From: Candidatus Spongiisociaceae bacterium
GTDB lineage: Bacteria > Actinomycetota > Acidimicrobiia > Spongiisociales > Spongiisociaceae
Direction: 5' to 3'
Assembly (NCBI GenBank): GCA_965243835.1
Contig: OZ251578.1
Coordinates: forward strand, 277,573 to 341,572
DNA length: 64,000 bases
Positions 38,449 to 47,238 of this stretch are shown here, piece after piece. Both the position numbers and the translations under genes were made by a program. The notes under the pieces were generated by a model. It was not told the DNA's origin, made no database searches, and was given only the letters and a program-made list of their open reading frames with translations. Numbering within the stretch: the first letter of the stretch is position 1; each line of letters begins with the position of its first letter.

Positions 38449-38469
38449 AAGCAAACGATTGCGAAAAGA
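38449..38469. promoter_or_regulatory. Candidate LacI-family operator, site 4 (agcaaacgattgcg)
   Basis: 10-30 nt upstream of the 38478 start. Confidence 0.4.
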
Positions 38470-38477
38470 GGAAGACC

Positions 38478-39413
38478 ATGCCCGAAAACGGATTCAACCA
38501 CCGGGTTGGCTGGATAGGCACCGGGCGAATGGGGTTCGCCTTGGCCAACCGGTTGCTGGACGCCGGCGCCGACTTGTGGGTTTACAACCGCACCCGTTCC
38601 AAAGCGGAGCCGTTGGCGGACAAAGGGGCGGTCATCGTCGACTCCCCGGACGGGTTGGCGGGGCGGGACATCGTGTTCACGATGGTGGCCGGGCCGGCCG
38701 ATGTGCTGGAGGTGACCCTGGGGTCCGGGGGGGTGCTGACCGCTTCCTCCGGTCGGCCCCGGGTGGTGGTGGACTCCACCACCATCGATCCCGCCAGTTC
38801 CCGGGAGTTGCGGGAGCGGGCGGCGGCGGCGGGAACCGAAGTGCTGGCCGCCCCGGTGTCGGGCAATCCGAAAGTGGTGGAGTCGGGGGGGATGACCGCG
38901 GTGGTGTCCGGCTCTGCGCAGGCCTGGGAAACCGCCCGCCCCTATCTGGAATGCCTGGGACGCAAGGTCACCTACGTGGGGGAGGGCGACTCGGCCCGTT
39001 TGGTCAAGATTTGCCACAACCTGATGCTGGGGGTGGTTGCCCAGTCCATGGCCGAAATCACCATGTTGGCCGAGGCGGCCGGGGTGTCCCGGGCCGACTT
39101 TCTGGAGTTCCTGAACGACAGCGTGATGGGTTCCGCATTCACCCGCTACAAGACCCCCGCCTTCGTGAACCTGGACTACGAGCCCACCTTTACCTGGCAT
39201 CTGCTGCGCAAAGACTTCGAACTGGGGTTGGCCGCCGGACGGGAGATGAACGTCCCGTTGCCGGTGTCCTCCCTGGTGCATCAAATGGTGATAGACGGCA
39301 TCGGACGCGGCTTCGGCGACCGGGACTTCGCGGCCTTGCTGAGCCGCCTGGCGGAGGGGTCGGGCCGGAATTTGCAACCGGAGGACCTCCAAGTTTCGGA
39401 CGGGTTGGGTTGA
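38478..39413 (+). CDS. NAD(P)-dependent oxidoreductase (3-hydroxyisobutyrate/6-phosphogluconate dehydrogenase NAD-binding family)
   Basis: VGWIGTGRMGFALANRLLDAGADLWVYNRT. Confidence 0.8.
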   Translation: MPENGFNHRVGWIGTGRMGFALANRLLDAGADLWVYNRTRSKAEPLADKGAVIVDSPDGLAGRDIVFTMVAGPADVLEVTLGSGGVLTASSGRPRVVVDSTTIDPASSRELRERAAAAGTEVLAAPVSGNPKVVESGGMTAVVSGSAQAWETARPYLECLGRKVTYVGEGDSARLVKICHNLMLGVVAQSMAEITMLAEAAGVSRADFLEFLNDSVMGSAFTRYKTPAFVNLDYEPTFTWHLLRKDFELGLAAGREMNVPLPVSSLVHQMVIDGIGRGFGDRDFAALLSRLAEGSGRNLQPEDLQVSDGLG

Positions 39414-39414
39414 G

Positions 39415-40890
39415 ATGACCGCCGCCTTGGGGCAAGCGGCCCTGACCCGGCTTCGGGAGGCGGGCCGGGACCGGATGCTGATCGGGGGGGAATGGACGCC
39501 CGCTTCCGACCGCGCGCAACTGGAGGTGCTGGACCCGGCCACCGCCCGCCCGGTGGCCGTCGTCCCCAACGGGTCGACCGACGACGCCCGGGCGGCGGTG
39601 GACGCGGCCGCGCAGGCCCTGCCGTCGTGGGCGCGCACCCCTCCCCGCCGCCGGGCCGGGATTCTGCGCCGTTGTTTTGAGTTGATGACGGACCGGGCCG
39701 ACGAACTAGCCGCCCTCATCGTGTTGGAAATGGGCAAAACTTTTGCCGAATCCCGGGGGGAAGTCGCCTACGCGGCCGAGTTTTTCCGGTGGTTTTCGGA
39801 GGAGGCGGTGCGGGCGGAGGGGTCCCTGTCCATCGCCCCCGCCGGGGACAAGCGCATTATGGCCATCGGACAGCCGAGCGGGGTGTGCCTGCTGATTACC
39901 CCGTGGAACTTCCCGGCCGCGATGGCGACCCGCAAGCTGGCCCCGGCCTTGGCCGCCGGATGCTCCGTCATTCTGAAACCGGCCTCCGACACGCCCCTCA
40001 CCGCCTTGGCGGTGGCCGGTTTGATGGAAGAAGCGGGGGTTCCGCCGGGGGTGGTGAACGTTCTGCCCTCCAACCGTTCGGCGGAGGCGGTTCCCGTCAT
40101 CCTGCGCGACCCGCGCGTGCGCAAGTTGTCCTTCACCGGCTCCACCGAAGTGGGGCGCATTCTGCTGGAGCAAGCGGCCGAAAACATCGTTTCCGCCTCC
40201 ATGGAGTTGGGCGGCAACTCCCCTTTTCTGGTGTTGGAGGACGCGGACGTAGCGGCGGCGGTGGAGGGGGCGATGGTCGCCAAGATGCGCAACGGCGGCC
40301 AGTCGTGCATAGCCGCCAACCGGTTTTACGCGCACGCCGCGGTAGCGGACGAGTTCGCCCGGATGTTCAGCGCCGCCATGAGCCGGATGCGGGTCGGTCC
40401 GGGAATGGAAGAGGGAGTGGACCTGGGTCCGCTCATCAACCGCCGGGCGCAACGGGACATGGAGGAGACGGTGGCCGCCGCCCGGGATTCGGGTTCCCGC
40501 CTGCTCACCGGCGGGGCCGCCCCCGACCGGGAAGGGTTCTTCTTCGCGCCCACCGTTTTGCACCAAACGCCCGCCGACTCGCCGGTTCTGGACAACGAGA
40601 TTTTCGGTCCCGTAGCCCCCATCACCGTCTTTGAAAGCGAGGAGCGGGCCATCGCCTTGGCCAACGACGCCGTGCACGGGTTGGCCGCCTATGTGTACAG
40701 CTCCGACCTGTCCCGGGCCTTGCGGACGGCCGAAGCCCTGGAGTCGGGGATGGTGGGGATCAACCGGGGGCTGATTTCCGATCCGGCCGCCCCCTTCGGA
40801 GGGGTGAAGCAGAGCGGACTGGGACGGGAAGGCGGGCACGAGGGAATGAAAGAGTTCCAAGAAATCAAATACATAGCCGTCGACTGGTAA
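39415..40890 (+). CDS. NAD(P)-dependent aldehyde dehydrogenase (succinate-semialdehyde dehydrogenase-like)
   Basis: MELGGNSPFLV, catalytic NGGQSCIAANRFY. Confidence 0.85.
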   Translation: MTAALGQAALTRLREAGRDRMLIGGEWTPASDRAQLEVLDPATARPVAVVPNGSTDDARAAVDAAAQALPSWARTPPRRRAGILRRCFELMTDRADELAALIVLEMGKTFAESRGEVAYAAEFFRWFSEEAVRAEGSLSIAPAGDKRIMAIGQPSGVCLLITPWNFPAAMATRKLAPALAAGCSVILKPASDTPLTALAVAGLMEEAGVPPGVVNVLPSNRSAEAVPVILRDPRVRKLSFTGSTEVGRILLEQAAENIVSASMELGGNSPFLVLEDADVAAAVEGAMVAKMRNGGQSCIAANRFYAHAAVADEFARMFSAAMSRMRVGPGMEEGVDLGPLINRRAQRDMEETVAAARDSGSRLLTGGAAPDREGFFFAPTVLHQTPADSPVLDNEIFGPVAPITVFESEERAIALANDAVHGLAAYVYSSDLSRALRTAEALESGMVGINRGLISDPAAPFGGVKQSGLGREGGHEGMKEFQEIKYIAVDW

Positions 40891-40976
40891 CCCCGTCCGA
40901 CGCCGGAGCCCGATGGTTCGGGAGGGCGGGGGCGACCCGGGGCGGGGTAGCGGGGCGGGGGTTGTAATATGGGGGT

Positions 40977-41840
40977 ATGAACAACCTGAAGACGGTGGCT
41001 CTGCTGAGCTTCATGAGCGCCTTGGTGTGGCTGTTGGGGATCGCCCTGTTCCGGGGGGTGACGGGGATCGTCATCGGACTGGCGCTGGCGGTGGGTATCA
41101 ACCTGGTCGTCTACTTCTTCTCCGACAAGTTGGCCTTGCGGGCCAGCAAGGCCCGGCCGCTGGAGGAGCATGAGGCCCCCGGCCTTTACTCCACCGTCCG
41201 CCACCTGGCCGCCCTCGCCGAAATGCCGATGCCGTCCCTGCACATCATCGACTCCCCCCAGCCCAACGCCTTCGCCACCGGGCGCCACCCCCGCCATGCG
41301 GCGGTGGCGGTCACCACCGGCATCCTGGAGGTTATGACGCAGGACGAGCTGGAGGGGGTGCTGGCCCACGAACTGTCCCATGTCCGCAACCGGGACATCC
41401 TCATTTCCTCCATCGCGGCCATGCTGGCCGCCGCCCTGACCATCTTCGCCCGCATGGCTTTCTGGTTCGGAGGCGGCCGGGATCGCAACGCCCTCAACCT
41501 GATCCTGACCATCGCGGCCCTGATTCTGGCCCCGGTGGCGGGCGTCATTATCCGCATGGCCATCTCCCGGGCCCGGGAATATCAGGCGGACGCCACCGGA
41601 GCCGAGATGACCGGGCAACCGCTCAGCCTGGCCCGGGCTTTGGACAAGATCGGATCGGCCACCAAACGGACGCCGCTGGAGGTCAATCCCACGGTCAGCC
41701 CCCTGTTCATCGACGACCCTTTGAAAGCCTTCGGACGCCGGGACGGCCGGCGCCCGGGGACCTTTGGGAAAATGTTCGCCACCCATCCGCCGATCGAGGA
41801 TCGCATCCGCCGCCTGGAGGAGATGTATTACCGCCACTGA
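40977..41840 (+). CDS. htpX: Zinc metalloprotease HtpX (M48)
   Basis: HELSHVRNRD zinc motif, N-terminal TM helices. Confidence 0.85.
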   Translation: MNNLKTVALLSFMSALVWLLGIALFRGVTGIVIGLALAVGINLVVYFFSDKLALRASKARPLEEHEAPGLYSTVRHLAALAEMPMPSLHIIDSPQPNAFATGRHPRHAAVAVTTGILEVMTQDELEGVLAHELSHVRNRDILISSIAAMLAAALTIFARMAFWFGGGRDRNALNLILTIAALILAPVAGVIIRMAISRAREYQADATGAEMTGQPLSLARALDKIGSATKRTPLEVNPTVSPLFIDDPLKAFGRRDGRRPGTFGKMFATHPPIEDRIRRLEEMYYRH

Positions 41841-41917
41841 ACCGCGGCGGTTGGTTTCCCAAACCTTTCGCCTGCGGCTAGTATTCGCAAACCGCCCGCG
41901 CCGGGCGGCGCCTCGGA

Positions 41918-42001
41918 GCCGGGATGCCCGAGCGGCCAAAGGGAGCAGACTGTAAATCTGCCGGCTAAGCCTACGGAGGTTCGAATCCTTCTCCCGGCAC
42001 C
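41918..42001 (+). tRNA. tRNA-Tyr (GTA)
   Basis: Acceptor gccggga/tcccggc, anticodon loop actgtaaatc, long variable arm, TPsiC ggttcgaatcc. Confidence 0.8.
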
Positions 42002-42049
42002 GACCAGAACCGGACCGAACCCGGAACTGGTATCCTGACAAGACCCATC

Positions 42050-42123
42050 GCCCCCTTAGCTCAGTTGGCCAGAGCGCCTCCATGGTAAGGAGGAGGTCTC
42101 CGGTTCGAATCCGGAAGGGGGCT
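42050..42123 (+). tRNA. tRNA-Thr (GGT)
   Basis: Acceptor gccccct/agggggc, anticodon loop atggtaa. Confidence 0.8.
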
Positions 42124-42144
42124 CGACGGCCTTGGGCCGCAGGC

Positions 42145-42218
42145 GGCGGCGTAGCTCAGTCGGTAAGAGCGCTCGACTCATAATCGAGAGGTCGGCAGTT
42201 CAAGTCTGCCCGCCGCTA
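42145..42218 (+). tRNA. tRNA-Met (CAT), elongator type (could be tRNA-Ile2/lysidine)
   Basis: D arm gctcagtcggtaagagc, anticodon loop ctcataa, T arm ggcagttcaagtctgcc; anticodon stem lacks the initiator 3xGC signature. Confidence 0.7.
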
Positions 42219-42297
42219 CAATCAACCCGAATCAACCCGACCAACCCGTAAAACACCCGGTCAACCGGACCGCAAAGACGCAAAGGAGGAGCAAACG

Positions 42298-43488
42298 ATG
42301 GCTAAGGCGAGGTTTGAGCGTTCGAAGCCGCATGTGAATGTGGGGACGATGGGTCATATTGATCATGGGAAGACGACGTTGACGGCGGCGGTGACGCGGG
42401 TGTTGGCGGAGCGGGTGGGGGGTGTGAATGTTTTTTCGGCGTTTGAGGATATTGATAAGGCGCCGGAGGAGCGGGAGCGGGGGATTACGATTTCGATTGC
42501 GCATGTGGAGTATGAGACGGCTTTGCGTCATTATGCGCATGTGGATATGCCGGGGCATGCGGATTATATTAAGAATATGATTACGGGGGCGGCGCAGGTG
42601 GATGGGGCGGTGTTGGTGGTGTCGGCGGCGGATGGGCCGATGCCGCAGACGCGGGAGCATGTGTTGTTGGCGCGGCAGGTGGGGGTGCCGTGTGTGGTGG
42701 TGGCGTTGAATAAGGTGGATTTGGTGGATGATGGGGAGTTGTTGGATTTGGTGGAGTTGGAGGTGCGGGAGTTGTTGGGGGAGTATGGGTTTGATGGGGA
42801 TGGGGCGCCGGTGGTGCGGGTGTCGGCCCTGTTGGCGTTGGAGGGTGATGAGGGGGCGGGGGATGGGGTGATGGAGCTTTTGGGGGCGGTGGATGGGTTT
42901 GTGCCGGTGCCGGAGCGGCCGGTGGATTTGCCGTTTTTGATGCCGATTGAGGATGTGTTTTCGATTACGGGGCGGGGGACGGTGGTGACGGGGAAGGTGG
43001 AGTCGGGGGTGTTGCGGGTGGGGGGGGATGTGGAGGTGGTGGGGATTAGGGAGACGCGGCGGTCGGTGGCGACGGGGGTGGAGATGTTTCGGAAGTTGTT
43101 GGATGAGGGGAGGGCGGGGGATAATGTGGGTGTGTTGCTGAGGGGGGTGGGGAAGGATGAGGTGGAGCGGGGGCAGGTGTTGGCGGCTCCGGGGTCGATT
43201 ACGCCGCATACGGTGTTTGATGCGCAGGTGTATGTGTTGACTAGGGAGGAGGGGGGTCGGCATAATCCGTTTTTCGGGGGTTATCAGCCGCAGTTTTATT
43301 TCCGGACGACGGACGTGACGGGTCGGGTGGAGTTGCCGGGGGGGGTGGAGATGGTGATGCCGGGGGATAACACGGTGATGACCGTCACCCTGGGTTCCCC
43401 GATCGCGATGGACGAGGGGCTGCGGTTCGCCATCCGGGAAGGCGGACGCACCGTCGGCGCCGGCACCGTCACCAAAATCCACAAATAG
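42298..43488 (+). CDS. tuf: Elongation factor Tu, with highly anomalous G/T-only third-position codon usage over the first ~360 codons
   Basis: G1 [11 protein letters not shown]3 DMPGHADY, G4 NKVD; aaggagga RBS; codon anomaly described in findings. Confidence 0.85.
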   Translation: MAKARFERSKPHVNVGTMGHIDHGKTTLTAAVTRVLAERVGGVNVFSAFEDIDKAPEERERGITISIAHVEYETALRHYAHVDMPGHADYIKNMITGAAQVDGAVLVVSAADGPMPQTREHVLLARQVGVPCVVVALNKVDLVDDGELLDLVELEVRELLGEYGFDGDGAPVVRVSALLALEGDEGAGDGVMELLGAVDGFVPVPERPVDLPFLMPIEDVFSITGRGTVVTGKVESGVLRVGGDVEVVGIRETRRSVATGVEMFRKLLDEGRAGDNVGVLLRGVGKDEVERGQVLAAPGSITPHTVFDAQVYVLTREEGGRHNPFFGGYQPQFYFRTTDVTGRVELPGGVEMVMPGDNTVMTVTLGSPIAMDEGLRFAIREGGRTVGAGTVTKIHK

Positions 43489-43515
43489 GATCATCCGCCG
43501 ACCAAGGGAGGCGTA

Positions 43516-43695
43516 ATGGCTAAAAAAGGCAATCGCATCAAAATCACCCTGGAATGCACCGAGGCCAAGGCGGAGGGCAGGCCCCCGTCCCGGTACATCA
43601 CCACCAAGAACCGCAACAACACGCAGGGGCGGTTGGAGCTCCGCAAATACAATCCGTTCCTGCGCCGGCACACCCTGCACCGCGAGATCCGTTAG
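43516..43695 (+). CDS. rpmG: 50S ribosomal protein L33
   Basis: [59 protein letters not shown]; aagggagg RBS; not in the supplied ORF track because it is under 60 aa. Confidence 0.85.
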   Translation: MAKKGNRIKITLECTEAKAEGRPPSRYITTKNRNNTQGRLELRKYNPFLRRHTLHREIR

Positions 43696-43739
43696 GCCGC
43701 CGGCCCGCGCCGGACGGGTTGCGCAAGGCGGGCGGAACG

Positions 43740-44612
43740 GTGAGTTCCCTGGAATCCCTGGCGGGGCGTTCCTATGGGCCCTTTCGGTTGCGGCTGGCGG
43801 CCGAGAAGGTAGCCGAATACGTGCACGCCACGGGCGATGAACCGGAGCGCTGGACCGAATACGCCCCGCCCTCCTATGCGGGAGCGGTTCTGTTTACGGC
43901 CGCCCCCTCCTTTCTGAACGATCCGCAGGCGGCCGCCGCCGCCCGGTTGCTCATCCACGGCGAGCAGACTTTCCGCTGGCCCGCCCCTTGGCGGGTCGAT
44001 GCGCGGGTCGTCGCCCGGGGGCGGGTGGAGCGCATCCGGGAACGGGGGGGAGTGGCTTTCGCCACATTTGTGATGGAGGCCTCCGACGAGGCGGGGCGGC
44101 CGGTGCTGTCTTCCAAATCGGTGTTTTTGATGTCGGGGGAGCGCCCCCCCGGGGGAGAGGCCCCGGAGCGCCCGCCGCCCACCCCCGAAGCCCGGCGGGA
44201 AACCGCCCTCCCCGTTCCGGGTCCGGTTCCCGAGGCGGGAGGTTCCTTTCCGCCTTTGCCCAAGTCGGCCAGCCGGGCCGACCTGGTGCGCTACGCGGCC
44301 GCGGCCGCCGATTTCAACCCGGTGCATTGGGATCACCGCCGGGCGGTGGAGTCGGGGGTGGGCGGGGTGATCTGCCACGGCCTGCTGTTGGCGGCCTGGG
44401 CGACGCAACCCGCCGTGGCCGCCGTCCGCCGCCCCGACCCGCTGGCCGAGGCCCGATTTCGGTTCCGGGCCCCGTTGCCCCCCGACGTCCAAGCCCGGGT
44501 GGAGGCGGCGGTTGCGGAACGCTCCGGGGGGTCGGCGACGGTGAAATCAACCGTGGCGTCGGGGTCGGAAGAGAACGTGTCCGCTTCCCTGCACCTGCGG
44601 GAGGATCTATGA
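43740..44612 (+). CDS. Fused double hotdog (MaoC-like) (3R)-hydroxyacyl-ACP dehydratase, HadA/HadB-like
   Basis: GTG start; C-terminal hydratase motif DFNPVHWDHRRA...GGVICHG; position between rpmG and tRNA-Trp matches mycobacterial hadABC. Confidence 0.7.
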   Translation: MSSLESLAGRSYGPFRLRLAAEKVAEYVHATGDEPERWTEYAPPSYAGAVLFTAAPSFLNDPQAAAAARLLIHGEQTFRWPAPWRVDARVVARGRVERIRERGGVAFATFVMEASDEAGRPVLSSKSVFLMSGERPPGGEAPERPPPTPEARRETALPVPGPVPEAGGSFPPLPKSASRADLVRYAAAAADFNPVHWDHRRAVESGVGGVICHGLLLAAWATQPAVAAVRRPDPLAEARFRFRAPLPPDVQARVEAAVAERSGGSATVKSTVASGSEENVSASLHLREDL

Positions 44613-44708
44613 CGGGTTCGGGCGGCGGGGTTGCGGTAGGGTGGCGGTGATGAACGCGCGCGCCGCATCCGGGACGGGGGAGAACGCGCCGCCCTGCGGG
44701 AGGGGCCG

Positions 44709-45284
44709 GTGACCGCGCCTGGTAACCCGGCCCCCGACCGGCGGGTCAAAACGGACATCAGCCGCTTGGTAGAGCGCTCTCGGCAGGGCGACGGGGCGGC
44801 CTTCAGCGAGTTGGTTCGCATACATCAACCGGAGGTTTACACTTTGGCCGTTCGTTTGACGGGCGACCGCACTTTGGCGGCGGACGTAACCCAGGAGGCG
44901 ATGGTGCGCGCGTGGCGTTCCATCGGCCGCTTCCGCGGGGAGGCGGCTTTCTCCACCTGGCTGTACCGGATCACCGCCAATACGGCTTGGACCTGGAAAG
45001 GACGGGCCGCTCGGCATGCCGGGGCGGAGCTGGACCAGGCTCCCCCCCGGTTGCTCGCCGACCGGAGCCGCGACCCGGAAGCGGCCGGGGAACGGGCCGA
45101 GTTGCGGGCCCGGTTGGATCGGGCCCTGGGCCAGTTGCCCGCCGCGCAGCGGAGCATGGTGATTCTCAAAGACGTATACGGATGGTCGCATAAGGAGATC
45201 GCCGACGCGTTGTCCATTTCGGTGACGGCGGCCAAGGTGCGGTTGCACCGCGCTCATCTCAAACTGCGGGAACTGCTGAGGTGA
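44709..45284 (+). CDS. ECF-type RNA polymerase sigma factor
   Basis: Region 2 FSELVRIHQPEVYTLAVRLTGDRTLAADVTQEAMVRAW, region 4 SMVILKDVYGWSHKEIADALSISVTAAKVRLHRA. Confidence 0.8.
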   Translation: MTAPGNPAPDRRVKTDISRLVERSRQGDGAAFSELVRIHQPEVYTLAVRLTGDRTLAADVTQEAMVRAWRSIGRFRGEAAFSTWLYRITANTAWTWKGRAARHAGAELDQAPPRLLADRSRDPEAAGERAELRARLDRALGQLPAAQRSMVILKDVYGWSHKEIADALSISVTAAKVRLHRAHLKLRELLR

Positions 45285-45288
45285 GACA

Positions 45289-45702
45289 ATGACCGGCTCC
45301 CGCGCCTGGACCGCCCGCCTCGCCCGCTCCCGCCCGGGACGGGAACTGGCGCGCCGCGGCCGGTGCGCGGCGGCGTCCGCCCTCCTCTATTCGGTGGAGT
45401 CGGGGGAGCGCGCCTTCCCCGCCCCGTTGCGCCGTCACTTTCGGTCCTGCCTGTCCTGTCAGGCGGCGGCCGGTCGGCAACGGCGGGCGCTGAGCCTGTT
45501 GCGGTCGTTGCGGGAAGTCGTCGAGCCGCTCCCTCCCGGTTGGTCCGCCGTTCCCTTTCCGTCCGCGGTGCGGGTCCCCTCCTTTGCGGAAACCCTTTCT
45601 CGCCGGAGTCGGGCGGCGATGGTTTCCACGGTGTCGGTGGTGTCGGTGGCGGCGGTGGGGGCGGCCTGGGCCGGGATCAAAGCCCGCGCCCAGACCGGCT
45701 GA
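45289..45702 (+). CDS. Zinc-finger anti-sigma factor (HxxxCxxC) with C-terminal TM helix
   Basis: HFRSCLSC motif; TM MVSTVSVVSVAAVGAAWAGI; ATG 4 nt after the sigma gene stop. Confidence 0.65.
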   Translation: MTGSRAWTARLARSRPGRELARRGRCAAASALLYSVESGERAFPAPLRRHFRSCLSCQAAAGRQRRALSLLRSLREVVEPLPPGWSAVPFPSAVRVPSFAETLSRRSRAAMVSTVSVVSVAAVGAAWAGIKARAQTG

Positions 45703-45747
45703 CCCGCCCCGGTTTCCATCCGCGGGCTCTCCCCATCGCGCATTGTC

Positions 45748-45778
45748 CGGCCATCGGTTTAGACAGCGGAGGGCATCT
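45748..45778 (+). promoter_or_regulatory. Sigma-70-like promoter upstream of tRNA-Trp/secE (-35 ttagac, 18-nt spacer, -10 tataat)
   Basis: ggtttagacagcggagggcatctcgtatataatggg, about 25 nt before the tRNA. Confidence 0.45.
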
Positions 45779-45801
45779 CGTATATAATGGGGGTCCGGCC
45801 G

Positions 45802-45877
45802 AGGGGCGTAGCTCGAAATTGGTTAGAGCGCCGGTCTCCAAAACCGGAGGTTGGGGGTTCGAGTCCCTCCGCCCCTG
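45802..45877 (+). tRNA. tRNA-Trp (CCA)
   Basis: Acceptor aggggcg/cgcccct, anticodon loop ctccaaa. Confidence 0.85.
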
Positions 45878-45907
45878 CCCCGCTAAAACACCCGACAGGA
45901 AGAAAAA

Positions 45908-46222
45908 ATGAACCGCGAGATGAGACGACTCGCCGAGCGCGAGGAACGCCGCAAAGGCGGGCGCGAAGAGCGCGGCCGCCGGTCGCCCACGACCGGGTCC
46001 GGTGCTCCCGCCGGCGAGAAACAAAATATATTTAAACGGTTGCTCGGGTTCCTGCGCGAGGTACGGGTGGAACTTATGCGGGTGGCTTGGCCGAGCCGCA
46101 AGCAGATGGTCGCTTTTACCACCGTTACCCTTATCACCTCCGCCGCCCTTACCGGGTTCGTTTTCCTGCTGGACATCGCCTTCGGGCGGGTGGTGATCAC
46201 CTTTATCCGGACGTTGACGTAA
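45908..46222 (+). CDS. secE: Preprotein translocase subunit SecE
   Basis: Basic N-terminus, single C-terminal TM helix, conserved position before nusG. Confidence 0.85.
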   Translation: MNREMRRLAEREERRKGGREERGRRSPTTGSGAPAGEKQNIFKRLLGFLREVRVELMRVAWPSRKQMVAFTTVTLITSAALTGFVFLLDIAFGRVVITFIRTLT

Positions 46223-47229
46223 TGAGCGCGTCCGAGCGCTCCCCCGACCTTGAGGTCGAAACCGTCGAGGAAGATTCTTCTTCGGTCGGCACCTTGGGGG
46301 CCGCTTTCCTGCAGGCCGGGTTCGGCGCCGACGGCACCATGCTCCCGCCGGAGGAACTCCCCGAAATACCCGAGGAGGAGGCTCCGGCAGCGGAGGAGGG
46401 AGCCGAGGGCTCGCTGGACGATGAACTGCCGGAGTGGGCCAGGCGAAGTGCCCCCGAACCCGATGAAGACCCCGATCCGTGGGGGTTGACATCTGCCGCG
46501 CAGGCGGTCGCGCCTGCGGCCTTGGACGACGCGGAGGCGACCGGTCCCCCGCCCGGCTCGGAGGAGGCTTGGTCCTTCAGCGAGGGAGTGGCGGCCCGGT
46601 CGGAGAGGACGGAGGGCGTCGCCCCCCCCGCGGTTGTCGAGCCGGAGCCGGAGCCGGCGGAAGCCGGGGAGGAGGACCCGACCAGTCCCTTCGACCTGCC
46701 CGGCGACTGGTTTGTGATCAACTCCTACTCCGGGCATGAGAAAAAGGTGAAAGCCAACCTGTCCACCCGCACCACCACCATGCATATGGAAGATCGCATC
46801 TTCGACGTGGTCATCCCCACCGAGAAGGTGGTGGAAATCAAAGGGGGGCGCAAGGAGGAAGTGGAACGCAAAATGTTCCCCGGTTACCTCTTGGTGCGGA
46901 TGTATATGGACGACGATTCCTGGCTGATGGTGCGGAATACGCCGGGGGTGACCGCTTTCGTGGGCAGCGGAACCAAGCCGGTTCCCCTTTCCCGCCGGGA
47001 AGTGGAGCGGTTTCTGGGTCTCAAAAAAGAAGCCTCCAAGAAGCCGCCCCGGTTCAAGCCCGCCTGGGAGATCGGGGAGACGGTGCGGGTGGTGGCCGGT
47101 CCCTTCGCCGACTTCAACGGGATCGTGGAGGACATCAACGTCGATCAACAGAAGGTGACCGTTCTGGTGGAAATTTTCGGCCGGGATACCCCGACCGAGC
47201 TCGGGTTCGAGGACATTCAGAAGCAGTGA
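46222..47229 (+). CDS. nusG: Transcription termination/antitermination factor NusG, with long acidic Pro/Glu-rich N-terminal extension
   Basis: TAATG overlap with secE; NGN domain WFVINSYSGHEKKV, C-terminal KOW ETVRVVAGPFADFNGIVEDIN. Confidence 0.85.
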   Translation: MSASERSPDLEVETVEEDSSSVGTLGAAFLQAGFGADGTMLPPEELPEIPEEEAPAAEEGAEGSLDDELPEWARRSAPEPDEDPDPWGLTSAAQAVAPAALDDAEATGPPPGSEEAWSFSEGVAARSERTEGVAPPAVVEPEPEPAEAGEEDPTSPFDLPGDWFVINSYSGHEKKVKANLSTRTTTMHMEDRIFDVVIPTEKVVEIKGGRKEEVERKMFPGYLLVRMYMDDDSWLMVRNTPGVTAFVGSGTKPVPLSRREVERFLGLKKEASKKPPRFKPAWEIGETVRVVAGPFADFNGIVEDINVDQQKVTVLVEIFGRDTPTELGFEDIQKQ

Positions 47230-47238
47230 GGACTGATA

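Noticed and set aside
42145-42218. Initiator tRNA-fMet assignment for the CAT tRNA
   Set aside because: The anticodon stem is ctcga/tcgag rather than three consecutive G-C pairs, and position 1-72 appears paired. Elongator Met or Ile2 is more likely.
42232-43680. 482-aa minus-strand ORF antisense to tuf (His/Pro/Arg-rich)
   Set aside because: Created by the G/T-rich recoding of tuf (C/A-rich antisense has few stops). No protein-like features.
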